Source: Anaerolineales bacterium
GTDB taxonomy: Bacteria > Chloroflexota > Anaerolineae > Anaerolineales > Villigracilaceae
Direction: 5' to 3'
NCBI GenBank assembly: GCA_015075275.1
Contig: JABTUU010000001.1
Location: 1,031,216-1,095,215, forward strand
DNA length: 64,000 bases
Shown here in pieces: positions 19,303 through 28,878 of this stretch. Position numbers and translations under genes: made by a program. The notes below the pieces were generated by a model. The model saw nothing but the letters and a program-made list of their open reading frames with translations. It did not search any database and had not been told where the DNA came from. Each line of letters opens with the position of its first letter. Position 1 is the first letter of the stretch.

Positions 19303-19935
19303 ATGAACTTCTCTGGCAAACGAGTCCTCTTCCTCGGCGCGCACCCCGACGATATCGAGTTGGGATGCGGCGCGTTACTCCACAGCATTTCACGCAAAAC
19401 CGATGTGCTGTGCGTCACACTATCGGATAATCAAAAGAACCCCGATCTGCAGAACGTGAAGAACGAACATTATGAAGCAATGACAGTGTTAGGCGTCCCG
19501 AAAGAGAAAATCGTATTGGGTCCTTTCACCACGCGCGTCTTTCCGAACTCACGGCAAGAGATACTCGAATACTTTCTCAAACTGCGCAAGGACTTCAAGC
19601 CCGACCTGATCTTCACCCACTCCAAACAGGATGTGCATCAGGACCACAACACGATGACCGACGAAGCCTTGCGCGCGTTCCGCGGAATCACCGTGCTGGG
19701 ATTCGATGTCGTCCGTTCTTCGTACGGATTCTTCCCACACTTCCTCGTCGAAGTGACAGAAGAGGATGTGAACAAAAAGATCGAAGCGCTATCCAAATAT
19801 GAAACGTATCGCGATAGATATTATTTCAACAGCGAGTTGACCCGCTCCATCATGGTGCGTCACGGCGCGCTGGCGGAGCGTCCGTTCGCAGAGGGGTTCG
19901 ATATTTTGAGGATCGTGGGAACTTTTGAAGGGTGA
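19303..19935 (+). CDS. PIG-L/LmbE family deacetylase
   Basis: GAHPDDIELG and DVHQDH zinc-binding motifs. Confidence 0.9.
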   Translation: MNFSGKRVLFLGAHPDDIELGCGALLHSISRKTDVLCVTLSDNQKNPDLQNVKNEHYEAMTVLGVPKEKIVLGPFTTRVFPNSRQEILEYFLKLRKDFKPDLIFTHSKQDVHQDHNTMTDEALRAFRGITVLGFDVVRSSYGFFPHFLVEVTEEDVNKKIEALSKYETYRDRYYFNSELTRSIMVRHGALAERPFAEGFDILRIVGTFEG

Positions 19936-19939
19936 AGTG

Positions 19940-20035
19940 ATGGAGAGAATTGGGAGAATTAGAGAATTGGCGATAGTCGAGTAGCCCTGAAAGTTTTTTG
20001 AGGGGCATACCGAGACCAGAGACTGGAGATTAGCA
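19940..20035. repeat. Low-complexity 7-8 nt periodic repeat tract (agaattgg/agaattag/agactgg/agattag)
   Basis: gagagaattgggagaattagagaattgg ... accagagactggagattag. Confidence 0.65.
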
Positions 20036-20040
20036 AACAA

Positions 20041-20071
20041 AAAGCGGAAGGACAACCAAGCCTTCCGCTTT
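20041..20071. terminator. Terminator between PIG-L gene and suf operon
   Basis: aaagcggaagg / ccttccgcttt. Confidence 0.7.
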
Positions 20072-20088
20072 CACTTTCCGCTTTTACC

Positions 20089-20436
20089 TTATTCCTTCGG
20101 CATGCCGATGAAGATCGTCCCATCACGCACCTGAACTGGATAGGCGGCAACATCTTCCACAGCGGGCAACTTCACCGCTTTGCCGGTGCGCACGTCAAAC
20201 TCGGCGCCATGGCGCGGACAGGTGACGTTAAATCCTTCTAGCTTCCCTTCGCCCAACGGGCCGCCGTCATGCGTGCAAACGTCGTCAATTGCAAAAAATT
20301 TCCCTGCAATATTAAACACCACCACGGATTTATCGCCAATATCTACGAAGAAGCGTTCGCCATTCGACAGGTCATCGGCGGGCATTAATTCAAGATATTC
20401 AAGTTTCGATTCGTTAACCATTGTGTAATTAAACAT
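20089..20436 (-). CDS. Rieske [2Fe-2S] ferredoxin
   Basis: CTHDGG and CPRHGAEF Rieske motifs; aaggag RBS before ATG 20436. Confidence 0.9.
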   Translation of the reverse strand: MFNYTMVNESKLEYLELMPADDLSNGERFFVDIGDKSVVVFNIAGKFFAIDDVCTHDGGPLGEGKLEGFNVTCPRHGAEFDVRTGKAVKLPAVEDVAAYPVQVRDGTIFIGMPKE

Positions 20437-20460
20437 GCTCTTCAAGACTCCTTGATGCAA

Positions 20461-20856
20461 CTATTCTACTAACTCATCGCTCGCTTCGCCAAGCCCATAG
20501 GCTCCGGCTTTCAATACTTTCAGTGAAAGCAACGCACACTTCAGGCGCACCGGTCCCAATTCAATACCGAGCAGATCGAGAACGTCTTGCTTATTCAAGC
20601 GCTTCACGTCTTCCAGCGGTTTACCAATTACAGAATCAAGCAACAGGTCGGCGGAGGCTTGCGAGATAGCGCAACCGTGTCCCTCAAAGCGCGCGTCTTC
20701 GATCGTGCCGTCGGCAGCGGTTCTTAATGTAATCTCAATATGATCGCCGCATAACGGATTGTTATCCGCAAATTGAATATCATGCGGATCGAGCCGCCCG
20801 CGATGGGACGGTTTTTTATAACGCTCGATGATAATTTCGCGATAGAGATCGTCCAT
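20461..20856 (-). CDS. sufU: SufU/IscU-like Fe-S scaffold / sulfur acceptor
   Basis: NPLCGD, GCAISQAS and RLKCA motifs. Confidence 0.88.
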   Translation of the reverse strand: MDDLYREIIIERYKKPSHRGRLDPHDIQFADNNPLCGDHIEITLRTAADGTIEDARFEGHGCAISQASADLLLDSVIGKPLEDVKRLNKQDVLDLLGIELGPVRLKCALLSLKVLKAGAYGLGEASDELVE

Positions 20857-20859
20857 AAG

Positions 20860-20955
20860 TAGTTTTATAGTCCAATAGTCAAGTAGTTTCGTAGTCGGTC
20901 AGCGGAAAGTCAAAACAATCCGACTATTCGACTAACGAACAATGCGACTAACCGA
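20860..20955. repeat. Palindromic tract of tagtc/gacta short repeats between sufS and sufU
   Basis: tagtccaatagtcaagtagtttcgtagtcgg ... cgactattcgactaacgaacaatgcgactaa. Confidence 0.6.
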
Positions 20956-22174
20956 ACAATTCCTTCACCTTGTAAATTCCGTTCACGAGCAAATCTACTT
21001 CCGCTTTCGTATTATACAAATAGAACGAAGCTCGGCTCGTGGCGGGGATGCCAAATTTCTCATGCAGAGGCTGAGCGCAGTGATGTCCCGCCCGAACGGC
21101 AATTCCGTCACGGTCAAGAATTTGCGCCACATCGTGCGGATGAACTCCCTCCAGCGTAAAGGCGGCGACACCGCCCTTCTTGTCGGCTGAAGGACCAAAT
21201 AACTTCACGCCGGGAATTTCTTCCAAGCGCTCGAGAGCGTATTCAGTGATCTCGTGTTCATGCGCAGCAATGCGATCCATGCCGACTTCCGTCAAATAAT
21301 CTACCGCCACGCCGAAACCGACCGCTTCCGCGATAGCGGGCGTTCCCGCTTCAAATTTATACGGCAACGAATTAGGCTTGAACGAGCGCAGTTTAACTTC
21401 TTTGATCATATCGCCGCCGCCTAAGAACGGCGGCATGGATTCAAGCAAATCTTCCTTGCCATATAACACGCCCACGCCTGTCGGTCCGCACATCTTATGC
21501 GCCGAGAAGGCAAGGAAATCCGCGTCAAGAGCCTGGACGTCTGCGCGGAAATGCGGAACCGATTGCGCCCCATCTACGAGTGCGATCGCTCCAGCCTGAT
21601 GCGCCAGTCGGATCATTTCGGCGGCGGGGTTAATCGTTCCCAGCACGTTAGACATCTGCGTAAAAGCAACCAACTTCGGAGTTCGCCCAAGAAGCGTTTT
21701 GTAGGCGTCTAAATCCAGCAAGCCGTCTTCTGTGACGGGGATGAAATCCAGCTCAACGCCGCGCTCCGCCTGCAATATTTGCCAAGGCACAAGGTTGGAG
21801 TGATGCTCCATTTCGGTGAGGAGAATTCGCTCGCCGGCTTTGAGGTTAGCGCGCGCCCAAGTATGCGCCACGAGATTAATAGATTCGGTTGTATTGCGCG
21901 TGTAAATAATTTGACGCGCCGAGGGAGCGTTGATGAATGCGGCAATTTTCTCGCGCGCCCCTTCGTAGAGGGCTGTCGCTTCCTCTGCGAGGGTGTGCAC
22001 GCCGCGATGAATATTAGCGTTCGAATGGCGATAAAAATCGTTCATCGCTTCGATAACCGCCAATGGCTTCTGCGATGTGGCGGTAGAGTCCAGATAGACC
22101 AGCGGGACGCCGGCGGATGTTTCGCGTTGCAGGGCTGGAAAATCTTTTCGGGTGTTATTCAAGTCGAGAGACAT
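20948..22174 (-). CDS. sufS: Cysteine desulfurase, SufS family
   Basis: YLDSTATSQKP, FSAHKMCGPTG (PLP lysine) and RAGHHCAQP motifs; start chosen at MSLDL. Confidence 0.93.
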   Translation of the reverse strand: MSLDLNNTRKDFPALQRETSAGVPLVYLDSTATSQKPLAVIEAMNDFYRHSNANIHRGVHTLAEEATALYEGAREKIAAFINAPSARQIIYTRNTTESINLVAHTWARANLKAGERILLTEMEHHSNLVPWQILQAERGVELDFIPVTEDGLLDLDAYKTLLGRTPKLVAFTQMSNVLGTINPAAEMIRLAHQAGAIALVDGAQSVPHFRADVQALDADFLAFSAHKMCGPTGVGVLYGKEDLLESMPPFLGGGDMIKEVKLRSFKPNSLPYKFEAGTPAIAEAVGFGVAVDYLTEVGMDRIAAHEHEITEYALERLEEIPGVKLFGPSADKKGGVAAFTLEGVHPHDVAQILDRDGIAVRAGHHCAQPLHEKFGIPATSRASFYLYNTKAEVDLLVNGIYKVKELFG

Positions 22175-22258
22175 GGCAACAGAGTCAAACGCGCGAGAAG
22201 GCGGCTTATGTATCATCGGCAAACCAATCGCGCTCGTTTGCCCCGCCTTCCTGCCCGC

Positions 22259-22855
22259 TTAATAATCAGGGATTATTCTTTCTTCGCGTTGCGCCGGTCT
22301 CTTGCCCGGTGCCGCACGCATGTGTTCCGAGTTCAACGGATACCAGAGGATGCGGTCTGGCACCATCCAGCCGTCGGTGAGATACACGTTTGAGCGAAAT
22401 TGAACGGCGGCGAGTTTGTCGTCCACTTGTACAATAATGCCGCGAATCCAACCCCGCACGCGATCTCGATTCTTCTCATGGTCGCAATACACTTCGACAG
22501 CATCGCCGACTTGGAAATCGTGCGACAAGCCCGGCGGTCTCATGTAAGCGTATTGTACGCTGCGCGAACTTCTCAACGACCTGCGCACGCCCGGCGACAC
22601 AGGGCGCGAGGGACGCGCTTTATCCGCCGCATGAGATTTGACGAGAGATTCCGCGAGGCGCGCCTTCTTCAAGGTCGGCTTCTGAGGCGCTACCGGGGCA
22701 GACTCAGCCTTTGCTTTTGAGCGAGGCGCCGCCTTTGTTTTCACGGTTAGCGCTTTCGTCTTCTTTGCGCGCGCAATGATTTTCTCGTTCTTTTTCGGCG
22801 CCGCTTTCGCCTTTACCTTCGCGGTTGATTTCTTTTTCGCTTCTGTCTTCGCCAT
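22259..22855 (-). CDS. Hypothetical protein: Lys/Ala-rich N-terminal tail plus C-terminal Tudor/Agenet/SH3-like barrel
   Basis: About 100 aa of K/A/P-rich sequence, then FQVGDAVEVY..GWIRGIIVQV; lies co-directionally between sufD and sufS. Confidence 0.7.
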   Translation of the reverse strand: MAKTEAKKKSTAKVKAKAAPKKNEKIIARAKKTKALTVKTKAAPRSKAKAESAPVAPQKPTLKKARLAESLVKSHAADKARPSRPVSPGVRRSLRSSRSVQYAYMRPPGLSHDFQVGDAVEVYCDHEKNRDRVRGWIRGIIVQVDDKLAAVQFRSNVYLTDGWMVPDRILWYPLNSEHMRAAPGKRPAQREERIIPDY

Positions 22856-22875
22856 CAAAACCTTCTCGTTCTTTA

Positions 22876-24216
22876 TTAGGACATCTTATCGGCAATATAC
22901 TCTTGGAAACGTTCGCGCACGCCTTCGAAAGGAATCCGCTGGAAAATAGGATCGAAGAAGCCTTCTACAACGATCTTCTCCGCCTCCGCCTGTGGGATGC
23001 CGCGCGATTTCAGATAGAAGAGCGGCTCTTGCTCCAGTTTACCAACGGTTGCGCCATGTGTACAGCGCACATCGTCGGCAAGAATCTCTAGCCCGGGGAT
23101 CGAATCGGCGCGCGCTTTATCGCTCAACACAAGGTTGCGATTCGCCTGATACCCATCGGTCTTTTGGGCGCCCGGCGCGACGTAGATCATCCCCTGCCAC
23201 ACCGAACGACTGCTGCCTTTGAGCGCGCCTTTGAACAGTAAGTCGCTGGTGGTATGCGGCGCGAGATGATTTTGCTGCGTATCGTGGTCAAAATGTTGAG
23301 CGCCATCGGTGAAGTAAAAGCCGGACATACGTCCCCACGCGCCATCGCCAGCCAGATCCAACTCAGAGAAATTCTTTGTCAAACGCGAACCGATCGCGCC
23401 GAAAATCCAGTCAAGGTTGCCGCTCTTTTCAACGCGGGCGCGCTCGTGGCTAAAATTCCAGACGTGCCGCCCCCACGATTGCAACTCGACAAATTTCAAC
23501 GTCGCGCCTTCCATCACTTGCAATTCGACGATGCCCGCGTGCAGCGAGTTTGTCCCGGTTTCGTCGGGAGACGCCGCCTCATGAACATACGTCGCCGAAG
23601 CGCCTTCGTCCACTAAGACGAGGATGTGGGAGATGTGCGCCAAATTTGCACCAGGTCCCCACAGTACGGAGTGCAGCGGTTCGTCCACCGTCACACCTTT
23701 AGGGACGTACAACACTACGCCATTTTGCGCGAACGCGCCAGCCAATGCAGAGAATTTGCCTTCTTCCACATTAACGGTTTTTCCCAGCGTCTTCGCCAGC
23801 AATTCGGGGTATTTCTCTTCGGCGGTCTTTAAATCGGTGAAGATCACGCCCTTCTTCGCAAGCGCCTCATCGAGTTCGATCGTCGCGCCGCCCGGTAAAA
23901 GGACGATCTGTCCGCCGAGTTGGTTTGCGACCAGCGGACGGAGCAAATCTTCGCGCACCGGGGGCAGATCGTTGAACGCGCCCTCCGCGGGGAATCTGAA
24001 CGCGTCTGCGGGAATAGCGTGAATGTCTGTGCGGCGCCAGGCTTCGAGAGAAGTGTCGGGCATCGCAGTCTTCTTATACGCCGACCAAGCCGCAGCTCGG
24101 TAAGAAGCGGCAGCGCCTTGTCCAATCCGCACGTCTGATTCTGCAAAAGTGAAATCTGCAGCGGCGGGGGTTGCGCGGCGAGTTTTTGAAATGACTATTT
24201 TTGGTTTTTCCTGCAT
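22876..24216 (-). CDS. sufD: Fe-S cluster assembly protein SufD
   Basis: PGLEILADDVRCTHGATVG and FYLKSRGI motifs. Confidence 0.92.
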   Translation of the reverse strand: MQEKPKIVISKTRRATPAAADFTFAESDVRIGQGAAASYRAAAWSAYKKTAMPDTSLEAWRRTDIHAIPADAFRFPAEGAFNDLPPVREDLLRPLVANQLGGQIVLLPGGATIELDEALAKKGVIFTDLKTAEEKYPELLAKTLGKTVNVEEGKFSALAGAFAQNGVVLYVPKGVTVDEPLHSVLWGPGANLAHISHILVLVDEGASATYVHEAASPDETGTNSLHAGIVELQVMEGATLKFVELQSWGRHVWNFSHERARVEKSGNLDWIFGAIGSRLTKNFSELDLAGDGAWGRMSGFYFTDGAQHFDHDTQQNHLAPHTTSDLLFKGALKGSSRSVWQGMIYVAPGAQKTDGYQANRNLVLSDKARADSIPGLEILADDVRCTHGATVGKLEQEPLFYLKSRGIPQAEAEKIVVEGFFDPIFQRIPFEGVRERFQEYIADKMS

Positions 24217-24261
24217 GTTATATCCATTCGATTGAACGACTACGCGTCAAATGCCAAACGC

Positions 24262-25671
24262 TTAGCCAACTGAACCTTCCATCTGCAACGCGATCAAGCG
24301 GTTCATCTCGACCGCATATTCCATCGGCAGTTCTTTAACGAGCGGCTCGATGAAGCCTGAAACGACCATCGTCGTCGCTTCCTCTTCGCCCAACCCACGC
24401 GACATCAAATAGAACAATTGCTCTTCGCCGACTTTCGAGACCGAGGCTTCGTGCCCGATCGTCACGTCGTCTTCATCCACTTCGATGTACGGATAGGTAT
24501 CCGAGCGCGAATGCGGATCAAGCAGCAACGCATCGCAAACCACATTGGATTTAACGTTCTTCGCGCCTTTATGAACCTTGAGCAAGCCGCGATACGAAGC
24601 GCGCCCGCCCGCCTTGGAGATGGACTTCGATGTAATTTTGCTGGACGTGTTCGGCGCAAAATGCACCATCTTCGCGCCTGCGTCTTGAATTTGACCCGGC
24701 CCCGCAAACGCCATCGAGAGCATCTCTCCGCGCGCGCCCGGTTCCATCAGGTAACAAGAGGGGTATTTCATCGTAATCTTACTGCCGATATTAGCGTCCA
24801 CCCATTCATGCGTGCCGTTCTCATATACCATAGCGCGCTGCGTCACAAGGTTGTAGACGTTCGTAGACCAGTTTTGCACTGTCGAATAACGCGAACGCGC
24901 GCCTTTCTTAACGACAATTTCGATCACGCCGGAGTGGAACGAATCCGACGTATACTGAGGCGCCGTGCAGCCTTCCACATAATGCACCGACGCGCCTTCG
25001 TCCACGATAATTAACGTGCGCTCAAACTGACCAACGTTCGAAGAGTTCAAGCGGAAGTAAGCCTGCAAAGGCAAATCCACTTTCGTATTCTTGGGAACAT
25101 AGACGAACGATCCGCCCGACCACACCGCAGAATTCAGTGCGGCAAATTTATTGTCTTCAATTGGAACGACCGTGCTAAAGTATTGTCGGAACAAGTCGGG
25201 GTGTTGTCGCATTCCCTCTTCAATTGAGAGGAAAATCACGCCTTGTTTCTCAAGGTGTTCTTGAATGGAGTGATAAACCATCTCGCTTTCATACTGCGCG
25301 CCTAAGCCCGCCAGAAATTTCTGTTCGGCTTCCGGCACGCCTAATTTATCGAACGAACGCTTGATGTCGTCTGGAATATCGTCCCAAGACTTCTCCATTT
25401 TATCGGTCGGCTTGACGTAATAGTAAATATCGTCGAGATCAAGCACGCTCAGGTCGGGTCCCCATTTCGGTATCGGCCGCGACATGAAATGCTCAAAAGC
25501 CTTCAGGCGGAAGTCGAGCATCCATTGCGGCTCCTGTTTCATGCGTGAGATTTGCTCCACGACTTCGCGGCTCAATCCCTTTTGCGACTTAAAAACATAG
25601 TTATCATCCGGCTCGTGAAAACCGTACTTGTATTCGCTTAACTCTTCAAGAAGTTGCGCATCTTCAGACAT
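24262..25671 (-). CDS. sufB: Fe-S cluster assembly protein SufB
   Basis: [29 protein letters not shown] and GHEASVSK motifs. Confidence 0.95.
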   Translation of the reverse strand: MSEDAQLLEELSEYKYGFHEPDDNYVFKSQKGLSREVVEQISRMKQEPQWMLDFRLKAFEHFMSRPIPKWGPDLSVLDLDDIYYYVKPTDKMEKSWDDIPDDIKRSFDKLGVPEAEQKFLAGLGAQYESEMVYHSIQEHLEKQGVIFLSIEEGMRQHPDLFRQYFSTVVPIEDNKFAALNSAVWSGGSFVYVPKNTKVDLPLQAYFRLNSSNVGQFERTLIIVDEGASVHYVEGCTAPQYTSDSFHSGVIEIVVKKGARSRYSTVQNWSTNVYNLVTQRAMVYENGTHEWVDANIGSKITMKYPSCYLMEPGARGEMLSMAFAGPGQIQDAGAKMVHFAPNTSSKITSKSISKAGGRASYRGLLKVHKGAKNVKSNVVCDALLLDPHSRSDTYPYIEVDEDDVTIGHEASVSKVGEEQLFYLMSRGLGEEEATTMVVSGFIEPLVKELPMEYAVEMNRLIALQMEGSVG

Positions 25672-25715
25672 GTGTCATCTCCAATTTAATATATCAGCGT
25701 ATGCTGGTCGCGTCG

Positions 25716-26489
25716 TTATGCCGTAACTTCCTCGTATTTTTCGCGCACCCAATCATAGCCTTGCTCTTCGAGATGCAAAGCCAGGTCCGCCCCGCCCGAT
25801 TCAACAATGCGCCCGTCCAGCATAATGTGAACGAAGTCGGGCTTAATGTAATTCAACAACCGTTGATAGTGCGTGATGACCAGCACGCCTAATTCAGGAC
25901 CGCTCAAGGCGTTCACGCCTTCGGCAACGATGCGCAATGCGTCAATATCTAGGCCCGAATCGGTTTCGTCCAAAATAGCGATCTCCGGCGTGAGAGTCGC
26001 CATCTGAAGGATTTCGGCGCGCTTCTTTTCGCCGCCAGAGAAACCGTCGTTAAGGTAACGTCCAGCGAAGCTAGGGTCCATTCTCAGCATCGTCATCTTC
26101 TCCGTCAGCATTTTTCGGAAAGCCGCGATGGAAATCCCCTTGTCGTTCGGGTCGGCTACGCGCCGGCGCGCATTAATCGCCGTCCGCAAGAAATTTGCAA
26201 CCGTCACACCGGGAATCGCGACCGGATATTGAAACGCAAGGAACATGCCCAATCGCGAGCGTTCGTCGGGTTCAAGCTCTAAAACATTCTGTCCTTTGAA
26301 TAGGATTTCACCCTGCGTGACCGTATAGTGAGGATGCCCCATCAACGTATATGCCAACGTGGACTTCCCGGTTCCGTTCGGTCCCATAATAGCGTGAATT
26401 TCGCCCTGATTGACAGCGAGTGAAAGCCCTTTGAGAATCTCTTTCCCATCAATGGCAACGTGCAAGTTTTTGATTTCAAGATGCGACAT
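25716..26489 (-). CDS. sufC: Fe-S cluster assembly ATPase SufC
   Basis: [17 protein letters not shown] and LDETDSGLD motifs. Confidence 0.95.
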   Translation of the reverse strand: MSHLEIKNLHVAIDGKEILKGLSLAVNQGEIHAIMGPNGTGKSTLAYTLMGHPHYTVTQGEILFKGQNVLELEPDERSRLGMFLAFQYPVAIPGVTVANFLRTAINARRRVADPNDKGISIAAFRKMLTEKMTMLRMDPSFAGRYLNDGFSGGEKKRAEILQMATLTPEIAILDETDSGLDIDALRIVAEGVNALSGPELGVLVITHYQRLLNYIKPDFVHIMLDGRIVESGGADLALHLEEQGYDWVREKYEEVTA

Positions 26490-26582
26490 GCGTAATCTGC
26501 TCCTAGCGTGATAAATCGTCCCACAGGTTAACTACACACCGCGGAAACCTGCGGAACGACATAGGTTTTTAGAACGGGGGGC

Positions 26583-26664
26583 ATTATAGCAGAGACGAGT
26601 AGAAAAGTCAATATTTATGATATTTTTCTAGTATATTGACAATATAAAGCCGGACGAGTATACT
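26583..26664. promoter_or_regulatory. Back-to-back sigma70 promoters for the suf operon and sufR
   Basis: Minus strand ttgact(26611-26606)-N17-tataat(26588-26583). Plus strand ttgaca(26636-26641)-N17-tatact(26659-26664). gtcaatat-N18-atattgac inverted repeat. Confidence 0.75.
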
Positions 26665-26670
26665 GTTCGC

Positions 26671-27300
26671 ATGAAAAGCGTTAGAAGCACGAAGGATCGC
26701 ATCCTTGACGCCCTCCATCGGCAGCCTAAGATCAGCATCAACGAACTCGCTGAAGCCGTAGGCATTAATGCAATTTCCGTTCGCCACCATCTCACTAACC
26801 TGACAGCGGAAGGGCTAATCACAGCAGAAGAAGAGCGTCATGGCGTCGGTCGTCCGCGCCTAATTTACTCGCTCACGCAAGACGGGCTGGAGCGTTTCCC
26901 GACCAAGTATTTACGCCTCACCACTCGCCTGCTTGCTCAGATGAAAGAGACTTTACCGGCGCCCGAAGTCTCCAAACTGTTCAGCCTGATCGCCGAAGAG
27001 ATCGCAGACGAGTATTCTGAGCAGATCAAAGACCTCGGCATCGAAGAACGCTTAGTCCTTATCCAAAAGCTTCTGGCTCAGGAAGGGTTTACGGTAGAAT
27101 GGGAGAAAAAGGGCGCCGAGTATCAGATTCATGAAATTACATGCCCCTATTACCAGATCAGCGCCGCTCACCCAGAAGTTTGCATGGTAGACCAAACGCT
27201 CATCTCGAAAATGCTCGCATTACCGGCAAAAAGAACGCAATGCGTTCTCGACGGCAACGCACATTGCACATACGTCGTCAGTGCGGGAAGCAGAAACTAA
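26671..27300 (+). CDS. sufR: SufR-like HTH transcriptional regulator
   Basis: N-terminal wHTH (VRHHL..L, GVGRPRLIY) and C-terminal CPY..C..C..HC; divergent from suf. Confidence 0.78.
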   Translation: MKSVRSTKDRILDALHRQPKISINELAEAVGINAISVRHHLTNLTAEGLITAEEERHGVGRPRLIYSLTQDGLERFPTKYLRLTTRLLAQMKETLPAPEVSKLFSLIAEEIADEYSEQIKDLGIEERLVLIQKLLAQEGFTVEWEKKGAEYQIHEITCPYYQISAAHPEVCMVDQTLISKMLALPAKRTQCVLDGNAHCTYVVSAGSRN

Positions 27301-27339
27301 CACCCCAGACTTCATACAAGTCTAACATAACGAGGAACA

Positions 27340-27684
27340 ATGACAGCAGAGTCAGTTAATGAAATTCAATGGACTATTCACCAAACTCATCCCGAGATCG
27401 TTCAACAGGCGCGAGCCAGACTCTCTGAAGTAATCGATCCTGAGATCGGGCTAGATATCATTCAACTTGGGCTGGTGCGCGATGTCTCTATTAATAACGG
27501 CGTCGCTACCGTCAGAATGATCCTCACTACCCCGTTTTGTCCGTACGGTCCCGCCATGGTCGAAATGACTAAAGCCAAGGCGTTGGAAGGTCTGGATATG
27601 CCCGTCACAATAGAAATGGGCATGGAAATGTGGGACTTCTCGATGATGGAAGACCCATCCGCGCTGGACTGGGGCATGTACTAG
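27340..27684 (+). CDS. SufT/DUF59 Fe-S assembly protein
   Basis: VIDPEIGLDIIQLGLV and LTTPFCP motifs. Confidence 0.85.
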   Translation: MTAESVNEIQWTIHQTHPEIVQQARARLSEVIDPEIGLDIIQLGLVRDVSINNGVATVRMILTTPFCPYGPAMVEMTKAKALEGLDMPVTIEMGMEMWDFSMMEDPSALDWGMY

Positions 27685-27690
27685 ACGCGT

Positions 27691-27733
27691 GGAATGAAAA
27701 AAGCGGCTCGCTGTGAGCCGCTTTTTTCATTCC
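27691..27733. terminator. Bidirectional terminator
   Basis: ggaatgaaaaaagcggctc / gagccgcttttttcattcc. Confidence 0.85.
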
Positions 27734-27746
27734 ATAATGTTGTCTT

Positions 27747-28469
27747 TTATTCTTCCACGATCGTTATCGTTTCGATCACATCACCGACAAAAGATGGGGA
27801 TAATTCCGGATCGCGACGCGTGATACCGTTGACTACATCCATCCCTTCGACGACCTGACCGAAAATGGTATAACCGCCATTCAGAAATTCTGCCGGCGCG
27901 AAGGTGATAAAGAATTGACTGCCGTTTGTATTTCGACCAGCGTTCGCCATAGCAACCACACCCGCCTTGTCAAACTTCAGATCGCTGTCTTCGTTGTCAA
28001 ACGCGTATCCAGGATCGCCCATACCGGTGCCAGTCGGGTCGCCGCCTTGCGCCATGAAACCATCAAGCACACGGTGAAATGTTACGCCGTCAAAATATCC
28101 GTCGCGCGCGAGAAAAACAAAACTATTCACCGCGAGGGGCGCTTTATCCGGGAAAAGCTGAATGGTAAACTCCCCGCCCTTCTCCATCTTGACTGTTGCA
28201 GAATATTTCTTTGCCAGATCAATCGTCATAGGCGGATAGACTGAGTAACGCTTCACAGTATTCCCCTCCTCTAACGACGCTTCCGTCGCGGCAGGAAGCG
28301 CGGAAGTTACAGGCTCAAGATTCGGCGAGCGTTCGCTATTAAGGAACATATACCCAAGCAACGCCAACGCGATCGCAATAACTCCTCCGCCAAGCAGTCT
28401 AATTCGCCGCTGCGTCCTTTGCGTTTGCAACTCTTGCAACCGTTCCTCGATCTTCTTCTTATTTGCCAT
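27747..28469 (-). CDS. Membrane-anchored cyclophilin-type peptidyl-prolyl isomerase
   Basis: FHRVLDGFMAQGGDP and ANAGRNTNGSQFFIT motifs; one N-terminal TM; start chosen at MANKK. Confidence 0.9.
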   Translation of the reverse strand: MANKKKIEERLQELQTQRTQRRIRLLGGGVIAIALALLGYMFLNSERSPNLEPVTSALPAATEASLEEGNTVKRYSVYPPMTIDLAKKYSATVKMEKGGEFTIQLFPDKAPLAVNSFVFLARDGYFDGVTFHRVLDGFMAQGGDPTGTGMGDPGYAFDNEDSDLKFDKAGVVAMANAGRNTNGSQFFITFAPAEFLNGGYTIFGQVVEGMDVVNGITRRDPELSPSFVGDVIETITIVEE

Positions 28470-28638
28470 AGTTCTTTTCTCCATAGGTGAAATGATCGCA
28501 CCGCTCAAAGACGCGACCAATACGACGATTCTAGCACATTCGTCAAGGAATATAATTGGGTTTGACCTTCGGCTTTTCCCTGCTACAATGTAAGCGCGAG
28601 ATAGAAGAAACATATTCACGTCAAACTGGAGGCAAACG

Positions 28639-28878
28639 ATGAGCGAAGAATTGAAATGGGAATTGCTTACCGAAATCCAAGGGCGTTGGAAAGCCGACAT
28701 CGTCAAAGCCATGCTCGACAGTAACGGCATTGAATCGGAACTATTTCAAGAATCGGTCGGCTCACTTTACCCTACATCGTTAGATATGCTGGGACGCGTG
28801 CAAATTTTCGTGGCGAAAACAGACGCGGAAGCCGCGCGTAAATTAATGGAAGAGTATAACCATAACTTGGAGCGTTAA
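28639..28878 (+). CDS. DUF2007-like small putative signal-transducing protein
   Basis: ADIVKAMLDSNGIES..VQIFVAKTDAEAARKL pattern. Confidence 0.7.
   Translation: MSEELKWELLTEIQGRWKADIVKAMLDSNGIESELFQESVGSLYPTSLDMLGRVQIFVAKTDAEAARKLMEEYNHNLER

Noticed and set aside
27747-28730. 327-aa version of the cyclophilin ORF
   Set aside because: The extension overlaps the divergent DUF2007 gene; the RBS supports the start at 28469.
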